A stretch of DNA of 64,000 bases. Source: Vicinamibacteria bacterium. Lineage in GTDB: Bacteria; Acidobacteriota; Vicinamibacteria; Marinacidobacterales; Marinacidobacteraceae. How positions within the stretch are numbered: the first letter of the stretch is position 1; every line of letters begins with the position of its first letter. The notes below the pieces were generated by a model. That model had not been told where the DNA came from and did not search any database. It was given only the letters and a program-made list of their open reading frames with translations. The position numbers and the translations under genes are program-made. Positions 1 to 9,488 of the stretch are shown here, piece by piece. The stretch is taken from NCBI GenBank assembly GCA_963422395.1, contig OY729431.1:256001-320000 (forward strand). The letters run 5' to 3'.

Positions 1-2159
1 CAGAAAGTGCGCTGTTCGCTCTGGAAACCGAAGGGGGTGAGCGTGCGGTTGAACGCCCCGCTGCGGGCGATCCCGGCGCGGAAGATATCGGAATGAGCCA
101 GCAGATTGGCAGTCATGAAGGCGCCGTAGGAATGACCGGCGATGGCGGTCCGGTCCGGGTCCGCCACCCCGCGGCGGGCTGCTTCGTCCACCGCCGCCTG
201 CGCGCTCGCCACCAGCTGTTCGACATACCGGTCGTTCGGTTCTTCGTCGCCCTCGCCGATGATCGGCATCGTGGCGTTCTCCATGACCGCATATCCCTGG
301 GTCAGCCAGTAGAGCGCCGAACCCCAGCTCACGAAGCTGAACCGCTGCGGCGAGTCCCGGACCTGGGCGGCGGCCGCCGCGCTCTTGTACTCGCGGGGGT
401 AGGCCCAGACCAGGAGCGGCAGCCGGCCGTCGCGCTCCGGGTCGTAGCCCGGCGGGGTGTGGAGAAGCGCGGTCAGTTCCACTCCGTCGCTCCGCTGGTA
501 GCGGATCAGTTCCCGGCCGGAGCCTTCGAGGCCGGGGTAGGGATGGGAGAAATCGGTGATGGCGCGCATCTCTCCCTCCGCGGCACCGAGGTTCCGCAGG
601 AAGTAGTTCGGCGGCGTGGTCCGGGTCTCCCGGCGGGTGAGCAGGAGGCCCGCTTCGGGGTCGAGGAGCGCCAGCGGAGTCTCGTAGGAATCCGCCGCCG
701 ACCGGAAGAGCCGCCGGGTGGTGCCGGATTCGAGGTCCCATTCGTCCACGAAGGGCCGATTCCCTTCCGGCGACGCCCCTTCGGCGGTGAGATACGCCTT
801 GGTGCCGTCCGCCGAGGTCACGAGCACCCGCGCGCCTCGCTCGTTCACCGTGGTCATGGGCATTCCCGGCGCGGCGTAGCGGTCTTCGTAGGAAGTGTCG
901 AAGGCGAGGCTGGCTTCCCCGGCCCCCGCCGGCGGGATCCGCCAGATCTGCTCGGCGCGGGTCTGCCACCAGCGGCTGATCGCCACTCCGCGCCCGCCGC
1001 CGAACACCGACCCGGTGAGGCGGAGGGGGGCCTGCAGCAGCACTTCGGGATCGCCGTCGAAGGGAGCGGCGAGCTGCCGCAGTTCGTCGCGGGTCGAAGC
1101 CTCGGCGCGCGGATCGCCCCCGTCCCGCGCTTCGGTCCAAACCAGGGTGGCGTCCTCGTCGCCCCGCCAGGCGACCGCCCGCGGCCCGGTGGGGGCGGCG
1201 TCGCGGCCGATCGGGATCTCCTCGTGGAGGGGCAGTTCCGCGATCTCGCGGATAAGCGTTCCGCTCCGGTCCCGAACCTCGATCCGGTGCGGAAACCGCG
1301 AATACGGGACGAGCCAGGAGAACGGCTCGATGACCTCGGTGACCAGCAGGTAGGCGCCGTCGGGAGAAGGGAGGAAGCCCTCGATGATTCCGGGGCCGGC
1401 GACCGCGGCGGCGGCTCCGGAAAGGTCCACGATCACCGCCCGGGACGCTCCGTAGTAGCGGAAGAGCGCGTTGTCGTGGGAGCTCTGGAGAAGATCCTGG
1501 TAGGTCCGCACCGGGGCCGCCCGCCCGGTCGTCTCCTGGATCACCGGGGTTGCCGGAACTCCCGGGGCCTCGGGTGGGGCGCCGCGGCCGGAGTCCACGA
1601 CCCGCACCGCGAGGCGCGCGCTATCGCCGAACCACCGATAGGGCATTCCCCGGAAGATCGCGTTCACTCCGTCGAGGAGGCGGGACGCCTTCCCGCTCTC
1701 GGCCTCGACGACCCACAATTCCACTCCGTCGTCACCCGTATGGGTGAACGCGAAACGCTGCCCGTCCGGGGACCAGCTCAGATGGTCGCCCCGGAGCGGA
1801 TCCGGCAGGCCGGTGATCTCCTGCGCTCCGCCGTCACCGGCGAGCGGTTCGAGGGTGATCTCCCGGAAGACCCGCCGCCGGCTCGCCGCGTTCGCCGCCG
1901 GGTCGATCCGAAGCCCAGCGAGCCGCAGCTCCTCCCGCGAGAGCTCGGCGAGCGGGACCAGGCTCGACCGATGGAGGAGGACGGCGCTTCGGCGGTCCGG
2001 AGAAACCTGGATTCCCGGCGTGGGCGGCGCCTCGGCGATCCGGGAGATCGCTTCGGGGGGTGTCCGGTACCCCTGTGCAGCCGCCGAGACCGCGAATTCG
2101 GGAACGAATCCGGAGGAGAGAGCGGCGGCGAGGGCAGCGAGGACGGAGCGGTGGCGCAT
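1..2159 (-). CDS. S9 family (prolyl oligopeptidase-like) secreted peptidase, 3' end runs off the window
   Basis: Not in the ORF track; translated by hand. It starts MRHRSVLAALAAALSS (signal peptide) after a GGAG RBS, and carries the catalytic Ser motif in IAGHSYGAFMTANLLAHSDIFRAGIARSGAFNRTLTPFGFQSEQR near the left edge. Confidence 0.9.
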   Translation of the reverse strand, partial: MRHRSVLAALAAALSSGFVPEFAVSAAAQGYRTPPEAISRIAEAPPTPGIQVSPDRRSAVLLHRSSLVPLAELSREELRLAGLRIDPAANAASRRRVFREITLEPLAGDGGAQEITGLPDPLRGDHLSWSPDGQRFAFTHTGDDGVELWVVEAESGKASRLLDGVNAIFRGMPYRWFGDSARLAVRVVDSGRGAPPEAPGVPATPVIQETTGRAAPVRTYQDLLQSSHDNALFRYYGASRAVIVDLSGAAAAVAGPGIIEGFLPSPDGAYLLVTEVIEPFSWLVPYSRFPHRIEVRDRSGTLIREIAELPLHEEIPIGRDAAPTGPRAVAWRGDEDATLVWTEARDGGDPRAEASTRDELRQLAAPFDGDPEVLLQAPLRLTGSVFGGGRGVAISRWWQTRAEQIWRIPPAGAGEASLAFDTSYEDRYAAPGMPMTTVNERGARVLVTSADGTKAYLTAEGASPEGNRPFVDEWDLESGTTRRLFRSAADSYETPLALLDPEAGLLLTRRETRTTPPNYFLRNLGAAEGEMRAITDFSHPYPGLEGSGRELIRYQRSDGVELTALLHTPPGYDPERDGRLPLLVWAYPREYKSAAAAAQVRDSPQRFSFVSWGSALYWLTQGYAVMENATMPIIGEGDEEPNDRYVEQLVASAQAAVDEAARRGVADPDRTAIAGHSYGAFMTANLLAHSDIFRAGIARSGAFNRTLTPFGFQSEQRTF

Positions 2160-2285
2160 CGGGATTCTCCTTCGGCGGTGGAAGCCCCCCATCGTATGCG
2201 CCGCTCCGGCGCTGGGCGAACCCGATCCGAGCCGACGGTGCACCGTCTCCGCCGAGAACGGGTCCGCTCTCGGCGCTCACGCCGC

Positions 2286-2303
2286 TTCAACCACGGACTG
2301 CTA
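2286..2303 (-). repeat. Isolated MITE/IS-like terminal sequence
   Basis: Minus strand TAGCAGTCCGTGGTTGAA begins at the TAG stop of the NRAMP gene and resembles the end TAGCAGCCGGTGGACGAA of the element at 22249-22440. No partner end was found. Confidence 0.45.
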
Positions 2304-3518
2304 ACCGGTGAGGCCGAAGACGCGGGCCAATTGGACCAGTGAGAGCCCGGAGATGACCAGCACCACGAGCGCTCCCAGCACATTCGCGAGCCCCGAATTG
2401 TGATAGCGGCCCATGATCCTCCGGCGGTTCGCCGCGAGGAGCAGCAGCACCAGGACCAGCGGAAGCACGATCCCGTTTCCGGCCTGGGCGAGCAGGATGA
2501 TCTGGTAAGGCGATCCCCCGAGGAAGATTCCGCAGCACATCCCGGTCGAGAGCACGAAACCCCAGAGCAACCGGAAACGGACGCTCTTCAGGTCCGTTCC
2601 GAGGCCCAGCGCCCCGCCGACGGCGTAGGCAGCGGCGAGCGGTGCGGTGATGGCCGAGGTGAGCCCGGCGGCGAAGAGCCCGACCCCGAAGAACACCGGG
2701 GCCGCCCGCCCGAGGAGCGGTTCGAGGCGCGCCGCCACGGTGGCGGCGTCGGCGGCGTCGGCGCCCTGGCCGAGCAGCGGAGCGGCGGCGACCACCACGG
2801 CCGCGGTGATGAGGCCGCCGAGCGCCACGGAGAACAGCGTGTCCCGCCGGCTCTCCCGGATGTTCTTTTCGATCCGCTGCGGGTCCGGCCATCGTTCGAG
2901 GGCGGTGCTCGCGTGGAGGAAGAGGTTGTAGGAAACGACGGTGGTGCCGATCAGTGCCATCACGGTGAGCAGCGCTCCCGCAGGGATCCGCGGAATCAGC
3001 AATCCGGCGAACACCTCCCCGAGATTCGGGGCGGTGAGCACCGCGACCAGGCAGAAGACGACGCTCATGAGCCCCACGAGCGCGGCCAGCGCGTTCTGGA
3101 TCGTCCGGTAGGTTCCGGTCAGCAGCAGGGCTCCGGCGAAGCTGCCGACGATCAGCACCAGCAGCCCGGCCGGCAGGCCGGTCAGCAGTTCGAGCCCCAG
3201 CGAGGCGCCGAGCAGGTTGCCGGTCTGGAACGCCGCGTTGCCGATCAGGATCGTCGCCGCGATGAGCGCGAGCGCCGCCGCCCGAATCCCCGGGCTCGCC
3301 AGGCTGTCGCGGATGGCCTCGGCGAGCCCGCGCCGGCCGGCGAGGCCCACCCGCGCCGCCATGTTCTGGAGGATGACGGTGGCGGCCACCGAGAACAGCA
3401 CCGCCCAGAGCAGGGCGGTTCCATATCCAGCGCCCGCGCGGCTCGCGGTGACGATCGTTCCCGGTCCGATGAAGGCGGCGGTGACCAGGAAACCCGGCCC
3501 GACGCGAAAACGGCTCAT
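2301..3518 (-). CDS. NRAMP-related (YcsG-like) membrane transporter
   Basis: 405 aa with many hydrophobic helices. N-terminal GPGFLVTAAFIGPGT, plus GNAAFQTGN and LIGTTVVSYNLFLH motifs. Confidence 0.85.
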   Translation of the reverse strand: MSRFRVGPGFLVTAAFIGPGTIVTASRAGAGYGTALLWAVLFSVAATVILQNMAARVGLAGRRGLAEAIRDSLASPGIRAAALALIAATILIGNAAFQTGNLLGASLGLELLTGLPAGLLVLIVGSFAGALLLTGTYRTIQNALAALVGLMSVVFCLVAVLTAPNLGEVFAGLLIPRIPAGALLTVMALIGTTVVSYNLFLHASTALERWPDPQRIEKNIRESRRDTLFSVALGGLITAAVVVAAAPLLGQGADAADAATVAARLEPLLGRAAPVFFGVGLFAAGLTSAITAPLAAAYAVGGALGLGTDLKSVRFRLLWGFVLSTGMCCGIFLGGSPYQIILLAQAGNGIVLPLVLVLLLLAANRRRIMGRYHNSGLANVLGALVVLVISGLSLVQLARVFGLTG

Positions 3519-3541
3519 GGTGCTGCCTCTGCCATCGCCCG

Positions 3542-5122
3542 CTACCTTTTCAGGTCTTCTCCCACCGCGCGCGCGGCGTTTCTTCCGGAGACTCCGTGGA
3601 GGCCCCCGTAGGGATAGGTCCCCGGCCCGGCGAGGTAGAGCCCGGAGATCGGGGTCCGGTGGCGCGCGAACCCCGGGACCGGTCGGAGCGAATACAGCTG
3701 GTCGAGGGTCGGCTCGCCCTGGTGGAAGCTCCCCTCGGTGAGGCCGAAGCCGCTTTCGAGCGTGCCCGGAGGAAGTACTCGCGCCGCGCTGACGAGCTCG
3801 GCGATCTCCGGAAACGCGCTCCCGAGGGCGCGAATCGTCCTCTCGAGCACCTCGGTCTCGCTGTTCTCCCGCCCGTAGGGCACGCTCTGGACGGTGGCCG
3901 CGAGCACGGCGCCGCCCTCCGGCGCGAGCCCGGCAGCGTGGACCGACGGGAAAAAGGCGAAGACCGTCGGACGCTCGGCGATCTCTCGGTACTTCGCCGC
4001 GTCGGCAGCGCGTTCGAGGCTGTCCATTTCTCCGCCGATCTGGATCACGCCTCCGAGGCGGGGGTCGGACTCCGGCACGTTTTCTTCGGCGTCGAGGAAA
4101 CGGGGCAGCCGCGAGAGCGCGAGTCCCACCCGCGCGGCGGCGCCGCGGTAGCGGATGTTGCGGGCCTCGTGGACGAACTCCGGCGGGAGCTGCGCCGCGC
4201 CGGTCCAGCGAAGCAGGGTGGTCTTCGGTGAAGCGTCCGAAAGAACCGTCCGGCAGCGAACCGTCCTCCCGTCGGCGAGTTCGATTCCGGCAGCTTTTCC
4301 GCCCGGCCCCAGGAGGATGCGCCGCACGCCCCCGGATTCGGACTCGAACTGTGCTCCGGCGGCGCGCGCTGCTTCCCGAAGGGCTTCCCCCACGGCAGCG
4401 GTGCCGCCGCGCGGAGGGAGGATCCAGTGGAGGGGCGCCGGCTGGCCGAAGGCGTGGAAATGGAGGAACAGGCCGGCGGTCCCGGGCGCCCGCGGGCCGA
4501 GCCGGGTCCCGGTGAGCGCTGGCCCGGCGAGTGCGGCTTTCAGCGGCCCGCTCTCGAACCAGTCGTCGAGCAGGTCGCGGACCGCCATCGGCAGGACGCG
4601 CAGCAGACGGGCCAGACCCCGGCCGCCCAGCCCCCAGGCGGCGAGGGCGGCGGGCAGCGTGTTCTCGAAGGATGAATCGAGCGAGAGCGGCGGCTGCTCC
4701 AGCAACCGGCGGAGAAATCCCGCGAGGGCTCCGAGTTCGCCGGCGAATTCAGGGAAGCGCGCAGCGTCCCGCGTCGAGATTTCGGCGATGGCGCGGCACG
4801 CTGCCTCCGGGCGCCGGGGGAGTGCGAACGGTTCGCCGCCGCCGTGCCCGACGACCGTCAGCACCGGATCGGTGTCGAGGAACTCGAGGCCGTATCGGTC
4901 GAGCGCGAGCCGGCCGGCGACCTCCGGATCGAACGACGGCATCGTCTCGGGCGCCACCGGAAAACAGAACCCCGGCGCGATCCGCGCATTCGCGGCGATT
5001 CCTCCCGGCTGACCGCGTTCTCCCACCACCAGCACCGAATGTCCGGAAAGCGCGAGGAAGGCCGCCGCCGCCAGCGCGTCCGGCCCGCCGCCGATCGCGC
5101 AGACATCGCAGGAGGAGCGCAT
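3542..5122 (-). CDS. Phytoene dehydrogenase-like (COG1233) FAD-dependent oxidoreductase with degenerate N-terminal dinucleotide motif
   Basis: Start MRSSCDVCAIGGGPDALAAA, 4 nt after the upstream paralogue's stop. C-terminal LTEGSFHQGE...RTPISGLYLAGPGTYPYGGLHGVSGRNAA. Confidence 0.85.
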   Translation of the reverse strand: MRSSCDVCAIGGGPDALAAAAFLALSGHSVLVVGERGQPGGIAANARIAPGFCFPVAPETMPSFDPEVAGRLALDRYGLEFLDTDPVLTVVGHGGGEPFALPRRPEAACRAIAEISTRDAARFPEFAGELGALAGFLRRLLEQPPLSLDSSFENTLPAALAAWGLGGRGLARLLRVLPMAVRDLLDDWFESGPLKAALAGPALTGTRLGPRAPGTAGLFLHFHAFGQPAPLHWILPPRGGTAAVGEALREAARAAGAQFESESGGVRRILLGPGGKAAGIELADGRTVRCRTVLSDASPKTTLLRWTGAAQLPPEFVHEARNIRYRGAAARVGLALSRLPRFLDAEENVPESDPRLGGVIQIGGEMDSLERAADAAKYREIAERPTVFAFFPSVHAAGLAPEGGAVLAATVQSVPYGRENSETEVLERTIRALGSAFPEIAELVSAARVLPPGTLESGFGLTEGSFHQGEPTLDQLYSLRPVPGFARHRTPISGLYLAGPGTYPYGGLHGVSGRNAARAVGEDLKR

Positions 5123-5126
5123 CGGA

Positions 5127-6716
5127 TCAGCCGCGCCGGGCGGCGCGCAGCATGGCGTCGGCGCCCAGCTTTCCGGGAGCGCCCATGACCCCGCCTCCGG
5201 GATGTGCTCCGGAGCCGCAGAGGTAAAGCCCGCGGATGGGGGTGCTGCATTGCGCCCAACCGGCGGCAGGCCGCAGGAAGAACAGCTGTTCGAGGCCCAG
5301 CTCTCCCTGGAATATGTTGCCTTCGGTGAGCCCGGTACGCCGCTCGATGTCGAGCGGAGTGAGCACTTGCCGTTCGAGGATGATGTCCGGCAGGTTCGGC
5401 GCGTAGGCAGCGAGGGTACGGATGACGGTGTCGCCGAAGTCGTCCCGCTGCGCGTCCCAGCCCTTCGCTTCGCCGGAGAGCGCATACGGCGCGTACTGGA
5501 CGAAGATGGACATCACATGCTTTCCCGGCGGCGCCAGCGACGGGTCGAGCAGCGACGGGATGAGCACATCCAGATAGGGCTCCCGGGAGAATCGGCCGTA
5601 CTTCGCATCGTCGTAGGCTCGTTCCAGCGTCTGCCGGTCGGGGCTGATGGAAATGGCGCCCCGCAGGTGGGCGCCCGGCCCCGGGAGCGCGGTGAAGTCG
5701 GGGAGCGCATCGAGGGCCAGATTGACTTTCCCCGAAGAGCCGCGCAGCCGATAGCGCCGGATGTCCTGGACGAATTCGTCCGGCAGCTCGTCGGGATCGA
5801 GCAGCCGCAGGAAGGTCCGGTGGGGGTCGAGGCTCGATCCGACCTGATCCGCGAATATCTCTTCGCCGTTCTCGAGCACCACCCCGGCGGCGCTGCCGGC
5901 GTCGGTCAGGATCCGGCGCACTCCGGCACCGGTCCGAATCTCGACCCCGAAGCTGCGGGCTGCGCCGGCGAGCGCCGCGGCGACCGAACCCATTCCGCCG
6001 CGGGCGAAACCCCACGACCGGGAAGCTCCGTCGAGTTCGCCCAGGTAGTGATGGAGCAGCACATAGGCGGTCCCCGGCGAGGAGATGCCGAGGAAGGTTC
6101 CGATGATCCCGCTCGCCGACAGGGTGGCCTTCAGCGGCTCGGTCTCGAACCAGCGGTCCAGATAGTCGCTCGCGCTCGCCGTCATCAGCCGCGCCAGTTC
6201 GTGGAGGCGCCGGTTCCCCAGACCGGCGAAGTGCCGAACGAGATCACGGGTCCCCAGGATTTCACCGGGGCGGAGCGATCCGACTTGCGGCGGCCGGGTC
6301 ATCAGCAGGCCGCGCACCGCCCGGCTGAACTGATGCATGGCGAGACCGAATCGCGGATAGTCGTCGGCGTCCCGCCGGGAGAACCGCAGCAGCGATTCCC
6401 GCGTCTTCGCCGGATCGTGCCAGCGGGTCAGCGCCCGCCCGTCCCGGAGCGGGGTGAATGTGCCGTCGAGGGGCTGTAGCTGCAGCCCGTGCCGGGCGAG
6501 GTCCAGGTCGGCGATGATCTGCGGCCGTAGCAGGCTGACCACATAGGAAAAGACGGACACCGTGAACCCGGGTCGGATCTCTTCGCTGAAGGTGGCTCCC
6601 CCCACCCGCTCGTTCTTCTCGACGAGCAAGGTCCGCCGCCCCGCGCGCCCCAGATAGGCGGCCGCGATCAGCCCGTTGTGGCCCCCTCCGATGACGAGCG
6701 CGTCGTAACGCTTCAC
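5127..6716 (-). CDS. Phytoene dehydrogenase-like (COG1233/PYROXD2-like) FAD-dependent oxidoreductase
   Basis: GTG start, KRYDALVIGGGHNGLIAAAYL Rossmann motif, and C-terminal GLTEGNIFQGEL...TPIRGLYLCGSGAHPGGGVMGAPG. Confidence 0.9.
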   Translation of the reverse strand: MKRYDALVIGGGHNGLIAAAYLGRAGRRTLLVEKNERVGGATFSEEIRPGFTVSVFSYVVSLLRPQIIADLDLARHGLQLQPLDGTFTPLRDGRALTRWHDPAKTRESLLRFSRRDADDYPRFGLAMHQFSRAVRGLLMTRPPQVGSLRPGEILGTRDLVRHFAGLGNRRLHELARLMTASASDYLDRWFETEPLKATLSASGIIGTFLGISSPGTAYVLLHHYLGELDGASRSWGFARGGMGSVAAALAGAARSFGVEIRTGAGVRRILTDAGSAAGVVLENGEEIFADQVGSSLDPHRTFLRLLDPDELPDEFVQDIRRYRLRGSSGKVNLALDALPDFTALPGPGAHLRGAISISPDRQTLERAYDDAKYGRFSREPYLDVLIPSLLDPSLAPPGKHVMSIFVQYAPYALSGEAKGWDAQRDDFGDTVIRTLAAYAPNLPDIILERQVLTPLDIERRTGLTEGNIFQGELGLEQLFFLRPAAGWAQCSTPIRGLYLCGSGAHPGGGVMGAPGKLGADAMLRAARRG

Positions 6717-6804
6717 GACCTGGGCCCTCCGACCGTTCCCGCAGGAATCTCCAGGCGGCGGGCGGCCCGCCGAAGCAGAGCGTCCGCCGGCGGTCGGGTC
6801 GGCT

Positions 6805-7845
6805 TCAGGGGACCAGCGCGAGACCCCAGGGGGACTCGCCGACCGGGATGCGGGTGACCACGGCGAGAGTCGCGGCGTCCAGCACCGTGATGTCGTTCGA
6901 GGGGCCGTTCGCGGTGTAGAGGAACCGACCGTCGAAGGAGACGGCGATGCCCCAGGGCCGCTCGCCGGCTTCCACACTGCCGGTCACTTCCCCCGCGGCG
7001 AGTTCCACCATCGACACCGTCCGGGTCCTGCCGTTCGCCACATAGAGGGTTCCGGCGTCGGGGGAGAGAGCGACCCCCATGCTCCTCGAGCCTTCGGGGA
7101 GCCGGATCGTGCGGCGGACCCGGTGCTCGGCGACCACGATCTCCGCGACAGTGCCGTCGATCTCCGAGGAGACATAGGCGTACGCCCCGTCCGGGGTGAA
7201 GACCAGATCGCGGGGGCGGTGGCCGACTCGGATCCGGGTGATTTCGTCGCCGCTGGCGGTGTCGAGAACGGTCACATCGTGATCGGTCTCGCCGGTGACA
7301 TAGGCGAGGGTTCCGTCGGGGCTGATGCGCACGCCCTCGGGCTCTTTGCCCACCGGGACGGTGCGGAGGATCTCGCCGGATTCGAGGTCCACCAAGCTCG
7401 CTTCGTCGCTGTCCTCGTTGGACACCACGATCCGCGCGCCGTCGGGGGTGATGTCGAAGGTTTCGGGATCCGAGCCGCCGGGCAGCAGCCGGGTCTTCGC
7501 CTTCGCTTCGAGGTCCACTTCCGCGATGCCGTCCTCGGACTTGTCGGGTTCGCCGCACTCCTCCTCATCCCTCCACGGCGGGCACTTGGGAGAGCCGGAA
7601 ACCGCCACATAGGCGAACGCGCCGTCCGGCGAGACCCGCACCCCGCGAGGCCGCCGGCCCACTTCGACTTCGGCGAGAACGGCGTGGGTCTCCAGCGAAA
7701 CGATGCTCAGCGTTCCGCTGTCCTCGTTCGTCACGAGCAACAGAGCAGCGGCGTCCGGCGGCCCCGCTCCTTCTGGATCGGACCCGCCGCAACCGGCGGA
7801 AAACGCGGCGGGCACCGCGAAGAGCGCGAGTGCTGTCCGGCTCAC
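6805..7845 (-). CDS. YVTN-family beta-propeller lipoprotein (PQQ-catabolism associated type)
   Basis: GTG overlaps the upstream TGA. Lipobox-like FSAGC, and repeated VG..P.G..ISPDG..AYV(T/A)N units. Confidence 0.85.
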   Translation of the reverse strand: MSRTALALFAVPAAFSAGCGGSDPEGAGPPDAAALLLVTNEDSGTLSIVSLETHAVLAEVEVGRRPRGVRVSPDGAFAYVAVSGSPKCPPWRDEEECGEPDKSEDGIAEVDLEAKAKTRLLPGGSDPETFDITPDGARIVVSNEDSDEASLVDLESGEILRTVPVGKEPEGVRISPDGTLAYVTGETDHDVTVLDTASGDEITRIRVGHRPRDLVFTPDGAYAYVSSEIDGTVAEIVVAEHRVRRTIRLPEGSRSMGVALSPDAGTLYVANGRTRTVSMVELAAGEVTGSVEAGERPWGIAVSFDGRFLYTANGPSNDITVLDAATLAVVTRIPVGESPWGLALVP

Positions 7846-9488
7846 CGGTCTTCGTTCTCCCCGGGAGCGGTGCCGCCCGCGGGAGCGAGCCCGAAGGTGA
7901 GCACCGATTGCCCAGCGGCCACCGAGAGGAACTGCTCCCCGTCGATCGCGAAGCTCATCGGCGCCGCCCGCACTTCGCCGCCGGCATGGAAATCCCAGAG
8001 CGCCTCGCCCGAATCGGCGTCGAGGGCGAAGAGGTTGCCTTCCATCGTCCCCGAAATCACCAATCCGGTCGCGGTGGCGAGCACGCCGGAGACGGCCGGG
8101 GTCAGCATCTCGAACTCCCACTTGCGCTCACCGGTCAGCGGGTCGAGCGCCCGGATAGCCCCGTAGGCGGCCTCGCCGCCGAGCCGCCGCTCACCGCCGC
8201 CGAGGAATGGCGTCCCCGGCTCGTATTCCGCTTCGCTCTTGAAGTAGATGGACGCCATCTCCCGCGTCGGCACGAACAGCGACTGCCGGTCGGGGTCGTA
8301 GGCCGGGCTGTACCAGTTCGTCGAACCGGCGAGGCTCGGCCAGACCAGCGTGCCCTCTTCGCTCGGGTCCATGCCGGGAACGAGCACCGGGCGTCCGTTC
8401 TCATCGATTCCCTCCGCCCAGGTCTGCTTCGCGTACTGGGTGGCCCGCAGGAACTGTCCGGTCTCGCGGTCGAGCACATAGAAAAATGCGTTGCGGTTGG
8501 CGAGGACGACCAGTTTCCGCATCGAGCCCTCCCATACGGCATCCACCAGCACCGGAATCTGGTTGGCGTCCCAGTCGTGGGTGTCGTGCGGGGTGAACTG
8601 GAAGTGCCAGCGCAGCTCGCCGGTCTCCACCTCGATGGCCACCAGCGAGCAGGTGTAGAGGTTGTCTCCGGGGCGGGAATCGCCGTTCCAGTCCGGGGCC
8701 GGGTTCCCGGTCCCCCAGTAGAGGAGCCCGAGTTCCGGGTCGTAGGAACCGGTGAGCCAGGTCGCGCCGCCGCCGGTCTTCCAGCTGTCGCCTCCCCAGG
8801 TGTCGTTTCCGGGCTCACCCTCCCCGGGAACCGCCCACCAGCGCCAGGCCCGCTCGCCGGTCTCCGCGTCGTAGGCGTCGAGAAAGCCGCGGACTCCGGC
8901 CTCGCCGCCGCTGATCCCCACGATCACCTTCCCATCCACCGCGAGCGGCGCCGCGGTCACCGCGTAGCCGACCGCATTGTCGGCGAGCTGCGTCGTCCAG
9001 CGGACATCGCCGGCGGTGCGGTCCAGCGCGATCAAGCGGGCGTCGAGGGTCCCGAAGAACACCGAATCCCCAAGCAGCGCCACGCCCCGGTTGGTGCGCG
9101 GAAAGCCGATGTTCAGCGTCTCGTCGGGCACGACCGGATCGTGCCGCCACAGCCGGCGCCCGGTGCGGGCGTCGAGTGCCGCGATCGTGCTCGGGGGCTC
9201 GGCGAGGTACATCACCCCGTCCACCACCAGCGGCGTCACTTCGACCCGGCCCGCAGTGCCCGTCTGGTAGATCCAGGCGGGTCGGAGACGGGAGACGTTC
9301 CCGGGAGTGATCTGTTCGAGCCGGGTGAAGCGTTCCGAGCGGTAGTTGCCCGAATAGGTGAGCCAGTGTTCCGGCTCGTCGTCGCTGGCGGCCAGCCGGG
9401 AATAGGACACCTGAGCCGCCGCCGGGACGGCGGCGAGGGCGATCAGAGCGGCGAGCACGGCAGAACCGCGCGGATTCCGAATCGTCAT
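7842..9488 (-). CDS. PQQ-dependent dehydrogenase (methanol/ethanol-type fold)
   Basis: Signal peptide followed by WLTYSGNY, TPLVVDGVMY, GGEAGVRGFLDAYD, YWGTGNPAP and WHFQFTPHDTHDWD. The ATG overlaps the cytochrome gene stop. Confidence 0.9.
   Translation of the reverse strand: MTIRNPRGSAVLAALIALAAVPAAAQVSYSRLAASDDEPEHWLTYSGNYRSERFTRLEQITPGNVSRLRPAWIYQTGTAGRVEVTPLVVDGVMYLAEPPSTIAALDARTGRRLWRHDPVVPDETLNIGFPRTNRGVALLGDSVFFGTLDARLIALDRTAGDVRWTTQLADNAVGYAVTAAPLAVDGKVIVGISGGEAGVRGFLDAYDAETGERAWRWWAVPGEGEPGNDTWGGDSWKTGGGATWLTGSYDPELGLLYWGTGNPAPDWNGDSRPGDNLYTCSLVAIEVETGELRWHFQFTPHDTHDWDANQIPVLVDAVWEGSMRKLVVLANRNAFFYVLDRETGQFLRATQYAKQTWAEGIDENGRPVLVPGMDPSEEGTLVWPSLAGSTNWYSPAYDPDRQSLFVPTREMASIYFKSEAEYEPGTPFLGGGERRLGGEAAYGAIRALDPLTGERKWEFEMLTPAVSGVLATATGLVISGTMEGNLFALDADSGEALWDFHAGGEVRAAPMSFAIDGEQFLSVAAGQSVLTFGLAPAGGTAPGENEDR

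Noticed and set aside
93-2342. 749-aa plus-strand ORF, and similar long ORFs such as 7830-9530, 17566-19983, 24639-27140, 46670-48694 and most of 59291-62095
   Set aside because: They are antisense shadows of motif-bearing genes on the other strand, as expected in high-GC DNA, and carry no recognisable motifs.
3542-6716. Carotenoid biosynthesis (crtI-like) interpretation
   Set aside because: There is no phytoene synthase, cyclase or prenyltransferase nearby, and the context is catabolic.
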